Source: an uncultured Clostridia bacterium (GTDB taxonomy: Bacteria > Bacillota > Clostridia > TANB77 > CAG-508). Taken from it: a DNA stretch of 64,000 bases. Location: NCBI GenBank assembly GCA_947573445.1, contig CANPFR010000006.1, positions 14,560 through 78,559 on the forward strand, in the 5' to 3' direction. Below, one piece after another: positions 18,593 through 29,593 of this stretch. Numbering within the stretch: the first letter of the stretch is position 1; each line of letters opens with the position of its first letter. A program made the translations under genes and the position numbers. The notes beneath the pieces are model-generated. The model saw only the letters and a program-made list of their open reading frames with translations, was not told the DNA's origin and ran no database searches.

Positions 18593-20731
18593 ATGAAGGA
18601 AAGTAAATTATTAAAATGCATAAGTTATTTGTTAGTTCCTATTTTAGTTGCTATGATTGGGATATCAATGTTATCCAACTATGTACAAAATAATGAAAAT
18701 GTGTATAGTAATGAAAGTGAATACTTCCGAACGGATGGTTTTGTTTCAAGGTATATGAATATTTTATCTAATTTTGCAGATCGATTAATTTATCAAAATG
18801 ATACATTGCCAACTTGCTATGATGGTGAAATTCAGATTTGCTATTTAGATAATAAACGTTATGGTAATGTTGAATTTGAGAATTGTTATGTCTTAATTTT
18901 GTATCAAAATAAGGCAATTACAAATGTTGAACTAACTTCTAATACGGACACAATCGAGAAAATTTTAACGTATATTGCCCAAAACCAAGATAGTAAAAAA
19001 GTGAATATTTTGCAAGGAAATATCGAATCTAATTCGGATATTATAAGCAATAAAGGGATTAAATATTTTGACTATTTTGAGAAAACGTATTACACCATAG
19101 AAATGCCAGATGAAATGAAAATGATCATGCAAGAATCAGAGGCAATGGATTATTTAGAAGAAACAGAGGAAATAGCAGAAGTAGAGACACAAAAACGTCA
19201 GTATGTGACAACGAAGATTCAGGATTTTAGTGTGTATAGTTCATATCAAGAAAAGATTCAGGAGAATTTGGATGAACAAATCATCCGAGGATTTTTGAGT
19301 CATTATGAAGCCTGGGGAGAGAATATTTATGTTATTTTACCAGTGTGTTCAACATTATTATTTTTGATTTTTGTTTACTTAATCATTAGTGTTGGTCATA
19401 CCAAAGGAAAAGAGGGAATCGATTTAAATGATTTGGATAAAATTCCATTAGAAGTAATTGTTTTGTTTCTGTGTGTAGGTTTTTGTATAGTGGGGTGTGG
19501 CTTGGGAGCTTTCGACATGCTAATGGGAATTTCAGAGGATTTTGAGTTATTAATTAGTTTGTTGATAATGTCTTATGTAATTAGCTACATAATTTGTGCA
19601 ATTTTGTTTGATACTATTGTCAAACGAATTAAGGCAAAGACATTGATGAAAAATACATTATGTTATAAAGGATGTCAATGGTGTTTTGGAATTGTCAAAA
19701 AGACAAAATGCAAAATCAAAGAAACTTGGGAACAGATGACAGAATCAATGGATATTGTGAAAAAGCTAGTTTTAGTGAGTGCTGGATATGTTGTAGTAGC
19801 TATTGTTTTAGTAGCGATTTTCCAAGAATTTGGTATTTTATTAGATTTGGGGTTAGCTATTTATATTTTTTATAAAATTATAGAAAGAATCAACTGTTGT
19901 ACAAGAATTGAAACCCATTTGAGAAAAATGTACAAAGGGGATAATACAGCAAAACTAAATCCAGAAGAATTCACCAAAGAATTTCAAAAAACAGTGGAAT
20001 ATATTAATGATATTTCCAATGGTTTTGAAAACGCGATTCAAGAAGGGATTAAAAGTGAAAGATTGAAAACAGAGTTGATCACCAATGTGTCACATGATAT
20101 TAAAACACCATTAACTTCGATTATCAATTATGTGGATTTATTGAAAAAAGAGCAAATTGAAAATGAGAAAGTAAAGGAATATATCCAAATTTTGGAGAAC
20201 AAATCACAAAGGCTAAAAAAATTGATGGAAGACTTACTCGAGGCATCAAAGGCGTCTTCTGGAAATGTGAAATTGAATATGGAAAAAATAAATGTAGGAG
20301 AACTAATTAAACAATCAACAGGTGAGTTTGAGGATAAATTCAAAGCAAAGAACTTAGAAGTGATGTATACGATTCCAGAAGAGGCAGTTTGGATCAAAGC
20401 AGATAATCGTTATATGTATCGTATTATTGAGAATATTTTTAGCAATGTCTCCAAATATAGTATGGAACATTCAAGAGTATATGTGGATGTTGAGAAAAGA
20501 AATCAAAAGGTATATATTGCTGTGAAAAATATTTCAGAAGATGTTTTAAATATTTCGGAAGAGGAATTGATGCAACGTTTTGTTAGGGGAGATAAGTCTA
20601 GAACAACGGAAGGAAGCGGACTTGGTATTTCCATTTCAAAGAGTCTAGCGGAATTACAAAAAGGAAGTTTGGCTCTTAAAATCGATGGTGATTTATTTAA
20701 AGTAGAATTGATTTTTGATACAATAGAATAG
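18593..20731 (+). CDS. sensor histidine kinase
   Basis: N-terminal TM/extracellular region, H-box SHDIKTPLTSI, and a C-terminal HATPase region (GSGLGISISK). Confidence 0.85.
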   Translation: MKESKLLKCISYLLVPILVAMIGISMLSNYVQNNENVYSNESEYFRTDGFVSRYMNILSNFADRLIYQNDTLPTCYDGEIQICYLDNKRYGNVEFENCYVLILYQNKAITNVELTSNTDTIEKILTYIAQNQDSKKVNILQGNIESNSDIISNKGIKYFDYFEKTYYTIEMPDEMKMIMQESEAMDYLEETEEIAEVETQKRQYVTTKIQDFSVYSSYQEKIQENLDEQIIRGFLSHYEAWGENIYVILPVCSTLLFLIFVYLIISVGHTKGKEGIDLNDLDKIPLEVIVLFLCVGFCIVGCGLGAFDMLMGISEDFELLISLLIMSYVISYIICAILFDTIVKRIKAKTLMKNTLCYKGCQWCFGIVKKTKCKIKETWEQMTESMDIVKKLVLVSAGYVVVAIVLVAIFQEFGILLDLGLAIYIFYKIIERINCCTRIETHLRKMYKGDNTAKLNPEEFTKEFQKTVEYINDISNGFENAIQEGIKSERLKTELITNVSHDIKTPLTSIINYVDLLKKEQIENEKVKEYIQILENKSQRLKKLMEDLLEASKASSGNVKLNMEKINVGELIKQSTGEFEDKFKAKNLEVMYTIPEEAVWIKADNRYMYRIIENIFSNVSKYSMEHSRVYVDVEKRNQKVYIAVKNISEDVLNISEEELMQRFVRGDKSRTTEGSGLGISISKSLAELQKGSLALKIDGDLFKVELIFDTIE

Positions 20732-20756
20732 AAAAAATGAATAGGAGGGATAAAAA

Positions 20757-21272
20757 ATGGAGACGAAAAAAGGGCTTCAAGAGAAAATTGCAAAAGGATT
20801 GGCGATAATATATGTTGTCAGTTTGACATGGATTATTTTGTTTAAAATGCAGTTCCCTTTTGAAAATTTGCCACAAATACGTCATATTAATTTGGTGCCA
20901 TTTGCAGAGTCTGCTGTTGTGAATGGAAAAATTGATTTTGATGAAATCATTGGAAATATTTTAATTTTTATTCCAGCAGGCTTGTATTTGAATATGCTTA
21001 AGAGAAATTGGAGTTTTTTTAAAAAAGTAGGGTTGATTGCGGGAATTAGTTTGAGTTATGAAGTTTTACAATATCTCTTTGGGATTGGAGCAACCGATAT
21101 CACCGATTTGATAGGGAATACATTGGGCGGTGTTGTGGGCTTGGGAATGTATAGGTTATTTTTGAAAATAGGGAAAACGGAAGCCCAAGCTAATCGAATT
21201 TTGACGTTTTTAGCTAGTATAGGAACGATGTTAATGCTTTCTCTTTTGCTCCTTTTAATTGTGATGAATTAA
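20757..21272 (+). CDS. VanZ family protein
   Basis: LVPFAES...IGNILIFIPAGLYL...GATDITDLIGNTLG is the VanZ-like pattern. Confidence 0.6.
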   Translation: METKKGLQEKIAKGLAIIYVVSLTWIILFKMQFPFENLPQIRHINLVPFAESAVVNGKIDFDEIIGNILIFIPAGLYLNMLKRNWSFFKKVGLIAGISLSYEVLQYLFGIGATDITDLIGNTLGGVVGLGMYRLFLKIGKTEAQANRILTFLASIGTMLMLSLLLLLIVMN

Positions 21273-21282
21273 AGAAAAATAA

Positions 21283-21318
21283 ACCTGCCAAGGAAAACAA
21301 ATGGCAGGTAATTTTTTT
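21283..21318 (+). terminator. rho-independent terminator
   Basis: Stem ACCTGCCA / TGGCAGGT followed by AATTTTTTT. Confidence 0.7.
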
Positions 21319-21428
21319 GCTTTCAAAAAAAGAGAGAAAAAAGAAATATTTTTATGAAAATATTTGATTTACTAAAAAAAATATGATATACTACTGACAA
21401 ATTTGTTATTTAAGGGGAGGAAAGAAGA

Positions 21429-24152
21429 TTGAAAAAGCTTCAAAACGATGAACTACAAGAAAGTCTTGACTTTTTGGGATTAGATTTAGACAAGGTGCCA
21501 AAGTTTATAAAAGATGCAACAATTCCAAGTTTTAATACATCAAGATTGAATAATGACAAAGATTTAAAAGTTTATAAGTTTGTTCCAATTAGTGAAATAG
21601 AAATCTTAATTACTCCTTGTTTAAGAAGTGATGACATGCATAAAAAAATGGCAGAAGCCTTGCCATTAAAGTGCTTTTTGAATATAGATGGAGATGAAGA
21701 TGAAATTGCGATGTTCAAAACATTTTCTAAAATTCTAAGAAATACCCCAAAAGAGGAAGTCGAAAAAATTGAACAAATGCAAGAGAGTTTTGGGGGAAAA
21801 GTACCATTTAAAGTTAAGTACAATCGTGATCACTTATGGCAGATTTATTATTCGGAAGAGTCAGAAAAATATTTTATGTTGGTTTGCACAAAAGAGCAGA
21901 TTTTTGCGGAATTCTTGTATTTGCTGAAGTGTCAAGTGGAGTTGAGTAAAAAGAAAAGCAAGATATCGCCTAAAATTTATGTTCCCATTAATTATATGGG
22001 ATATAGTGAACAGATTTTAGAGAAAAATGAAATTTCAGATATTGAAAATTATTTATGGTTGTTTACTAAAAATTGGCCATTAATATTTGAAGTGTATAAT
22101 GAGAAAAATGAGGTTTCTTTACATGTTGTAGGAGAAACATTTGTATATCGTAATATCAAGAGTAGTTATAAAATGATTTTGGATTCAACAGAAGAGGCGA
22201 TCAAATTTTATAAATTGTTAAAAGCATTGTTTATTTTACAAACAGAAATCAAAGGTCAATATACATTTGAGACGCGAATTGATAGTAGTGATGGATTAAG
22301 TATGTATTTGTCAAAAGTGGAAATTACATTTAATAGTTTGACTAACTTTATCAAAAATGAGTTTTTACTAGCGGATTATGAAATTAAAAAGCAGAATAAG
22401 GAAATGATAGAGCTCCAAAAAAGTTTGACCCAACTAAAAGAACAAGTCAAGGAAAAAGAAGAAGAATATTTGCAAAAGCAAAAAGAAATTTCGACTTATT
22501 TAGAATGTAAAAAAACTTTTATTGGAAAAGTGAAATATTTCTTCAAGTCTAATAAAAAAAGTAGTAAGCCGACCAAAATTCAAGTTGCAAAGGAAAATCA
22601 AGAACAATTGCTACAAGAGCTTGATGCAGAACCGATCAAAAATTTGATTGAGGAAAAAGAATATTATACAATAGAAGATTTGGTTACAATTTATACGTTA
22701 CATGAAAAAGGTGAAAAAAATTATAAAAATTTAAAACAAGATAGGAAAGCATTGGAATTGAAATTGGAAAATATTACATCAAAGGTACGCAATGCAAACC
22801 AATACATAGAACAAATTGACAAACACAAAAGGAGCATTTTTGATTTTTGGAAATTTGCTAATAAAGATGAAAAATTGGCTTTAGAAATGGCAGATGACAA
22901 AGAAAACGAAAACGAACAAAAAGCACAAAAAAAATCATTTGATTTTGAAATGGATTTTGAAAAATTGGGGGAAGACGTAGACCATTTGCAAAGAAAGAAA
23001 TTGTCTAATGAAGAAAATGACAGTTTATTTATTGCCCAAACAGAATTGTTGCATTATGTTAATATGGTGCGTTTGAACAAAATTGTAAAATATGATTTAG
23101 AAGATGTACTTTATGAACTAAAAGAGGAGTTCAATGAAGATCGCTTGGTGATTGCCAGTGAAACATTTGATATTTTTGGGAACATATCAGAAAATAATCA
23201 AAAAGTAAAATACATTGGAAGTCGAAGCCATAGGGAAAGTGAAAAAAGTAAATTTAAGATTATGAATATTAATCAAAAAATTGATGTTTTTGATTTCACT
23301 GAAAAAATGCAAAGTATAGTTAATTTTCTAGAAGGTGCAATTCCTAAAATTACCGCTACTTATGATATGCCACTTTACAAATTGGTACCAATTTCCAGAA
23401 ATATCGAACAAGATGAATTTGAACTCTATAATATTAGTGTAGAAGATGAATTGCAAAATTACGAAGAAAATGGAGAAGGAGCCTATAATTTAATTTGTTT
23501 AAATTATAAAGAAGGAATGCCACTTCTGTATTATACAAATGCTATGTTTTATGATAATTTAAATAAAACTTTACCAATTGGCATGAATTTATGTTCTAAA
23601 GTGTTAATTGATAATAAAAGGTTAGAATTTGTACTAGTTAACAAAACAAAATTCAGAACTAATTCGTATTTTAACAAAGAAGCAGATAGTAATCCAAAAT
23701 CAAAAGATATTTTTGTATATGAATATGATGTATTTCTAAAAGATGAATCAGCAGGAAATACAAGAAATGAGCTATTATCAGCAAGTGAACCCCATGTTCC
23801 AGAAAATGCATTGGAAGTTCAATTAGAACAGGAAGAAAATGCATTTATGAATACAATGGAAGAAGTTAGCAGTTTTGAAGAAGAAACAATGGAAGAAGAG
23901 ATTTTGGAAAACATAGAAGCAATTGAAACACTAGAGGAAATGTCACCAGAAAGGAAAGAGGAAATCAGTTCAGAAATCTTAGTGCAAGAAACATTTGCAA
24001 AAATGCAGGAAGACAAACAAGAAGAAATAGGTGTTAATCAATCCAAAAAGCTCTTAAAGATTCAACAAAAATTGGAAAAAGAATTAGAAAAACAAAAGAA
24101 GAAAGAAGAAAAAATCAAGCAAAAATTAGAAAAGAAGAGTAAAAGAAGATAA
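21429..24152 (+). CDS. hypothetical 907-aa protein with central coiled-coil and Lys/Glu-rich C-terminus
   Basis: TTG start after RBS GGGGAGGAAAG. Long ORF with charged low-complexity tail (KQKLEKELEKQKKKEEKIKQKLEKKSKRR). No recognisable catalytic motif. Confidence 0.4.
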   Translation: MKKLQNDELQESLDFLGLDLDKVPKFIKDATIPSFNTSRLNNDKDLKVYKFVPISEIEILITPCLRSDDMHKKMAEALPLKCFLNIDGDEDEIAMFKTFSKILRNTPKEEVEKIEQMQESFGGKVPFKVKYNRDHLWQIYYSEESEKYFMLVCTKEQIFAEFLYLLKCQVELSKKKSKISPKIYVPINYMGYSEQILEKNEISDIENYLWLFTKNWPLIFEVYNEKNEVSLHVVGETFVYRNIKSSYKMILDSTEEAIKFYKLLKALFILQTEIKGQYTFETRIDSSDGLSMYLSKVEITFNSLTNFIKNEFLLADYEIKKQNKEMIELQKSLTQLKEQVKEKEEEYLQKQKEISTYLECKKTFIGKVKYFFKSNKKSSKPTKIQVAKENQEQLLQELDAEPIKNLIEEKEYYTIEDLVTIYTLHEKGEKNYKNLKQDRKALELKLENITSKVRNANQYIEQIDKHKRSIFDFWKFANKDEKLALEMADDKENENEQKAQKKSFDFEMDFEKLGEDVDHLQRKKLSNEENDSLFIAQTELLHYVNMVRLNKIVKYDLEDVLYELKEEFNEDRLVIASETFDIFGNISENNQKVKYIGSRSHRESEKSKFKIMNINQKIDVFDFTEKMQSIVNFLEGAIPKITATYDMPLYKLVPISRNIEQDEFELYNISVEDELQNYEENGEGAYNLICLNYKEGMPLLYYTNAMFYDNLNKTLPIGMNLCSKVLIDNKRLEFVLVNKTKFRTNSYFNKEADSNPKSKDIFVYEYDVFLKDESAGNTRNELLSASEPHVPENALEVQLEQEENAFMNTMEEVSSFEEETMEEEILENIEAIETLEEMSPERKEEISSEILVQETFAKMQEDKQEEIGVNQSKKLLKIQQKLEKELEKQKKKEEKIKQKLEKKSKRR

Positions 24153-24164
24153 GGAAGTGATAAC

Positions 24165-24585
24165 ATGATTTCACAAACTAAAATAACAGTAAGATACGCA
24201 GAAACAGATCAAATGGGAATTGTTCATCATTCAGTTTACCCAATTTGGTATGAGGCAGCAAGAACAGAAGCCATCAAAAAAATAGGAATGACTTATTCTA
24301 CACTAGAAAAAAATGGTGTCATGATACCATTGGTAGAACTTAATTGTAGATACATTTTTCCTGCTGAATATGAAGATGTTTTGACCATTAATGTTGAAAT
24401 TGCTAAATTGACGCCAGCAAGAATTGTTTTCAATTATCAAATTTTTAAAACACGGCACTGAAAAACCAATGAATACAGGAAGTACAGTACATGCCTGGGT
24501 GGGAAAAGATTTGAAACCAATTAATTTGAAGAAACAATATCCAGATTTATTTGAAAAAATATTGGAATTGGCAAATCATGAATAA
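24165..24585 (+). pseudogene. acyl-CoA thioesterase (4HBT/YbgC-like), +1 frame break near 24453
   Basis: The ORF stops at FKTRH*. The C-terminal thioesterase sequence GTEKPMNTGSTVHAWVGKDLKPINLKKQYPDLFEKILELANHE continues in the +1 frame. The break lies within AAAACA[C]GGCACTG. Confidence 0.6.
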
Positions 24586-24599
24586 AAGAGGATGTAAAA

Positions 24600-24782
24600 A
24601 TGAAAGAAATATTAGTAACAATCGGAGCAATCATCGTTGCTTTAGGGGTAAAAATGATATACGATGCTCGTCCAATTGCCAAAACCTATTTTAGTTTTGG
24701 ACAAGAAAATGAAGCAGTTATTCGGACTGAAAATAATGGGGTTTTTATTAACCATATTGGGCGGATTTTTGTTGTATTATAA
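24600..24782 (+). CDS. small hypothetical protein (60 aa, one TM)
   Basis: RBS AGAGGATG. Hydrophobic N-terminus. Confidence 0.3.
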   Translation: MKEILVTIGAIIVALGVKMIYDARPIAKTYFSFGQENEAVIRTENNGVFINHIGRIFVVL

Positions 24783-24814
24783 TGTTTAATTCTGCCAAAG
24801 AAAGGAACATACAG

Positions 24815-26437
24815 ATGAAAATTAGATTTGAAAATAACACATATGAAATACCAGAAAAACAATCGATTAAAGAGTCTTTTGCTTATTCAGAGGATTGCAT
24901 AGCAGCTAGATACAATAATTCGATTGTATCACTCAACCAGCTAATTGACAAAGATGGTCATATTGAATGGGTTAGCCGAAAAGATAAAGATGGGCGAATC
25001 ATTTATATTAGAGGCTTATTGTATATTATGAGCAAAGCATTTTATGAGTTATATCCAGAATCTTATTTGACAGTTAATTATCAATTAACAAATGCGATGT
25101 TTTGTGAAATTGAAAATCAGGAACTGACGCACGAAATGATCGCTCAAGTGAAAGCGAAAATGCAGGAAATCATTGAGCGTGATTTACCGATTCGAAAAGT
25201 AGAAATGTCACCAGAAGAGGCTAAGGCTTTTTATGCAAAGGCACAATCCAATCGAGGTAGGCTTCAGACAGATGTTGATAAAGAAAAGGTTTCACTGTAT
25301 TATTGTGAAGATTTTTATCATTATTTTTATGGTGTGATGCCAATTTCAACAGGATTTGCCAAAATCTTTGATCTTAGCAAATTTCGAAATGGCTTTTTAG
25401 TCCAATATCCAAGTTTGACAGAAGCTAATCAGCTGACAAAAAACAAAGAATCTTTAAAAATCATTTCTGCTATGAATGAATATGACGAATTATATAAACT
25501 CATGAAAATTAATACCGTATATCGCTTAAACAAAAAAATACAAGATGGAAAAATCAAAGAATTAATTTTATTTTCAGAAGCCATTCATGAAAAGAAAATT
25601 GCAGAAATAGCAGGAAAAATTAAAGAAAGAAAAGATGTCAGAATGATACTCATAGCAGGACCGACATCTTCAGGAAAAACTACTTTTGCTGGTAAATTAG
25701 GGATGGCACTTCGTGTTCAAGGCATCAAACCAGTGACCATTTCAGTGGATAATTATTTTGTTGAAAGAGAACAAAATCCATTGGATGAAAATGGAAATTA
25801 TGACTTTGAATGCCTTGAAGCTATTGATGTAGATTTGTTTAACACACAACTGTTGGATTTGCTTTCTGGCAAAGAAGTCGAACTACCTACCTTTGATTTT
25901 ACAACAGGCCATAAGCAATATTTGGGACACAAACTTCGTTTAGAAGAGGATCAGATATTAATAATAGAAGGAATTCACTGTCTAAATGATGAATTAACCA
26001 ATCAAATTGATAAAGAACACAAATTCAAGATCTACATTAGTGATTTAACCGTTTTAAACATCGATTACTACAATCGTATTTCAACTACAGATACAAGGCT
26101 GATCCGAAGGATTGCAAGAGATTATCAATTCAGAAATTATTCTGCTTTGCATACTTTGAAAATGTGGAGTTCAGTTAATAGGGGAGAACAAAAATATATT
26201 TTTCCTTATCAAGAGGAAGCGGATTGCATGTTTAATTCATCAATTTTATACGAATTGGCTGTGTTAAAAGATTTTGTTATGCCATTACTAGAAGAAATTG
26301 ATGATACCAACCCAGAATACAGCGAAGCCAGAAGACTAATTGAATTGCTACGCTATTTTAAATCGGTAAAAGAAATTGATTTAATTCCGAATAATTCACT
26401 TTTACGTGAATTTATTGGAGGAAGTATCTATGAATAA
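24815..26437 (+). CDS. uridine/nucleoside kinase family protein with N-terminal TGS (ThrRS-like) domain
   Basis: Central P-loop IAGPTSSGKTTFAGKL in a uridine kinase/PRK-like fold. N-terminal ~250 aa TGS-like domain. Start chosen at MKIRFENN with RBS. Confidence 0.6.
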   Translation: MKIRFENNTYEIPEKQSIKESFAYSEDCIAARYNNSIVSLNQLIDKDGHIEWVSRKDKDGRIIYIRGLLYIMSKAFYELYPESYLTVNYQLTNAMFCEIENQELTHEMIAQVKAKMQEIIERDLPIRKVEMSPEEAKAFYAKAQSNRGRLQTDVDKEKVSLYYCEDFYHYFYGVMPISTGFAKIFDLSKFRNGFLVQYPSLTEANQLTKNKESLKIISAMNEYDELYKLMKINTVYRLNKKIQDGKIKELILFSEAIHEKKIAEIAGKIKERKDVRMILIAGPTSSGKTTFAGKLGMALRVQGIKPVTISVDNYFVEREQNPLDENGNYDFECLEAIDVDLFNTQLLDLLSGKEVELPTFDFTTGHKQYLGHKLRLEEDQILIIEGIHCLNDELTNQIDKEHKFKIYISDLTVLNIDYYNRISTTDTRLIRRIARDYQFRNYSALHTLKMWSSVNRGEQKYIFPYQEEADCMFNSSILYELAVLKDFVMPLLEEIDDTNPEYSEARRLIELLRYFKSVKEIDLIPNNSLLREFIGGSIYE

Positions 26438-26765
26438 AAGAAAGGATGATTTTGTGAGGAAATTTACTGTAATTGATGAAGAATTTACATGTGAAAATTG
26501 TGGTAAGCATGTTCCCAAACTTGGTTATTCTTGTAGAAATCATTGTCCATATTGCTTGCATTCCAAACATGTGGATATCAATCCAGGAGATCGAAGTGAA
26601 AAGTGTCATGGATTATTGAAACCAATTGGTTTGGAGATCGATAGCCAAAAAGGATATGTCATATTATTTCAATGTGAAACGTGCCAAAAAATTACGAAAA
26701 ACAAATCGGCAGAAGATGATAATACTGAATTAATTATCCAATTATCGGCAAAACCAATTATCTAA
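26430..26765 (+). CDS. RNHCP domain-containing protein
   Basis: CENCGKHV...CRNHCPYCLHSKHVD is the literal RNHCP Cys-rich motif. Overlaps the previous stop (ATGAATAA). Confidence 0.6.
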   Translation: MNKRKDDFVRKFTVIDEEFTCENCGKHVPKLGYSCRNHCPYCLHSKHVDINPGDRSEKCHGLLKPIGLEIDSQKGYVILFQCETCQKITKNKSAEDDNTELIIQLSAKPII

Positions 26766-26780
26766 AAGGAAGGAAAAACA

Positions 26781-27248
26781 ATGCAAAAGAAAACTGTTCT
26801 AAGAATTGTCATTCTTGCATTAATTGTAGTATGGATGACAACGATTTTTAAGTTCTCCAATCAAAATGGAGAAACCTCGAGCAATTTAAGTAGAAATGTT
26901 GCTAGTATTTTTGTGTCAGATGAAGCCAAAGTTGATATCCTTGAGCCTTACATTCGAAAAATAGCACATTTATCGGAATATGCTTGTGGTGGTGTACTTT
27001 TTCTATCGTTGTTTTTGACATATGCTCTATCAGATGCCAAACGAATGCTATTTTCTTTATTGATAGGAATCGAATATGCGGCATTGGATGAAGTTCATCA
27101 ATTATTTATTGCAGGAAGAGCTGGCAAACTGATAGACGTACTCATTGATACCATTGGTGTTGCACTAGGCATTTGTGTTTGGATGCTGATTTGTAAGCTT
27201 ACCATGAAACAATGGAAAAAAAGAAAGGATGGCGTTTCACATCAATAA
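26781..27248 (+). CDS. VanZ family protein
   Basis: IRKIAHLSEYACGGVLF...DEVHQLFIAGRAGKLIDVLIDTIG is the VanZ-like core. Confidence 0.6.
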   Translation: MQKKTVLRIVILALIVVWMTTIFKFSNQNGETSSNLSRNVASIFVSDEAKVDILEPYIRKIAHLSEYACGGVLFLSLFLTYALSDAKRMLFSLLIGIEYAALDEVHQLFIAGRAGKLIDVLIDTIGVALGICVWMLICKLTMKQWKKRKDGVSHQ

Positions 27249-27258
27249 GAAAACAGTA

Positions 27259-27814
27259 ATGAAAGGATGCTTGGGAATGTTATTTTTGCTATGGTTTACA
27301 GTTGTTTATGTGTTTTCCAGTCAAACAGGCCGTGAATCTAGCAAAGTAAGTGAGCAGGTGACCAGAGAATTGTTAAAAATGAAAGATACACTTTCCATCG
27401 TCCTAGAAAATGATTTCAAAGAACTTACAATCAAACGGAATTCAAGTAAATCCAATTACCAATGAAAGAGTGGATAAATGGGAATTATCCATTCGAAAAT
27501 TAGCTCACTATGTATTGTTTGCAACTGGTGGCATGATTTTATATGTTGCTTTGCATTATTTTGAAGTGAAACATGATTTACTAATTCCCATTTTTTTGGG
27601 AATGTTACTTGCTTGCTTGGATGAATGGCATCAGTTTTATTCATCCAATCGAGGACCAGGTTTGTTAGATGTTGGGTTAGATAGTTTGGGAGTTATATCA
27701 GGAGTCTTAGTGACTGCGGTATTGACTAAGTTGATTAATCGATTGAAAAAAGGAGAGAAAATATATGATAAATTTCAAAAAAAGAATTGCACAAAAAATT
27801 GCAAAAGTAGTTGA
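27259..27814 (+). pseudogene. VanZ family protein, +1 frame break near 27436
   Basis: The N-terminal TM segment plus ...KELTIKR continues in the +1 frame as ...GIQVNPITNERVDKWELSIRKLAHYVLFATGG...DEWHQFYSSNRGPGLLDVGLDSLG (VanZ core). The only CGG in the break window is at 27436-27438. Confidence 0.55.
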
Positions 27815-29469
27815 TTTGGAAGAAACCATACAAGAATACATTGAAATACCACCAAATCCAGAAATGGGAGATTATGCATTTCCATGTTTTCGTTTGGCCA
27901 AAACGCTAAAAAAGTCGCCACAAGAAATTGCAACTTACATTCAAAGTAAAATGGAATGTGAAGAGGAGATAAAAGAAGTAAAAATAGTTGGTGGTTATTT
28001 GAATTTTTATGTCAATCCAACAATGTTAATTGAAAATGTGTTGCGAGAAATAGAAGAAAAACAAGAGCGTTATGGTTCGTCAAACAAGGGAAATGGTCAA
28101 AATATCATTGTAGAATATTCTTCTCCCAATATAGCCAAGCCATTTCATATTGGGCATTTGAGGAATACGATTATTGGAAGTAGTCTGTATAAAATTTATC
28201 AATTTTTAGGTTATCATACAATAGGAATCAATCATTTGGGAGATTATGGAACTCAGTTTGCCAAATTAATTGAAGGATATAAACGTTGGGGGGAGGAATA
28301 TTCGATAGATGAAAATCCCATCCAAGAATTGACTAAAATCTATGTTCGCATCAGTGATTTGTGCAAAGAAGATGAAACCGTTTTGGAAGCTTGCCGAGCT
28401 AATTTTAAAAAGTTAGAAGAAGGTGATACTTATTGCACAGAATTATGGAATAAATTTCGAGAAGTGAGCCTAAAAGAATTTCAGAAAATATATGAATTAT
28501 TGGATGTTCATTTTGATTCTTGGAATGGAGAATCATTTTATATGGATAAAATAGCTGAAGTGGAAAAAAGATTGGAAAAGGCAGATGTGTTAATTGAATC
28601 AGAAGGGGCCAAAATCGTAGATTTAGAGGATAAAGGACTAGGGGTTTGTATGATTCGCAAAGCCGATGGTACTACAATTTATGCAACACGAGATTTAGCA
28701 GCTATTTTATATCGAGCTGAAACATACGATTTTGATCAGTGTTTATATGTGGTTGCGTATGAGCAGAATTTACATTTTAGACAAGTTTTTGAAGTGGCTA
28801 AACATTTACAAATACCTGAAAAGTGTGTTAAAGGATTGGAGCATGTTCGTTATGGTATGACCAGATTAGCCACTCGGAAAAATGTCAACCCGTGAAGGAA
28901 CTGCTATAAAAGTAGAGGATTTATTGCAAGAATCCATTTCTAGAGTTCAGAAGATTATCGAAGAAAAAAATCCTGATATGCCAAATCAGGAGGAAGAAGC
29001 TAAAAAAATTGGAATAGGAGCCATTATTTTTAATAATTTGTGTACGAACATTATTAAAGATCAAATATTTGATTGGGATACAGTCCTTAATTTTAATGGG
29101 GAGACAGGGCCTTATATTCAATATATCTATGTACGTACCCAGAGTGTTTTGGAAAAAGCAGGGTATGTGCCAACGATGAAGGAAATCGATTTTGAATTGT
29201 TGACAGATAGAGCAAGTCTCCAAGTTATTTCGCATTTATATGAATTTGGGGATGTTTTAGAAGCAGTTGTGGACAAGAAGGAACCATCTCTTTTGGCAAG
29301 ATATTTGATTAATCTGAGTCAAAGTTATAGCAATTTTTACAATGAAAATAAGATTGTAAGTGAAGATAAATTACTTACCAATAGTAGGTTATACCTTACT
29401 AAATCTGTTGGAACAGTACTCAAAATTGGTTGCACCTTATTGGGGATTAAAATGCCAAATAGGATGTGA
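27765..29469 (+). pseudogene. argS: arginine--tRNA ligase, +1 frame break at 28870-28893
   Basis: N-terminal part (HIGH motif PFHIGHLRN) is ORF 27765-28895. The C-terminal anticodon-binding part is ORF 28882-29469. The KMSTR(E/K)G motif is restored by removing one base in CACT[C]GGAAAAATG, either the C or one A of A5. Confidence 0.85.
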
Positions 29470-29593
29470 GATAAGTTTTCCGTAAAAAAATTATGTAAAT
29501 TTTCAAAAAACTATTGAAATTAATAGAAAAATATGGTAAAATAGAATTACAGAAGGTGGGGAACGGAAATAAAAAAGAATAGGGGGGTTTTAA

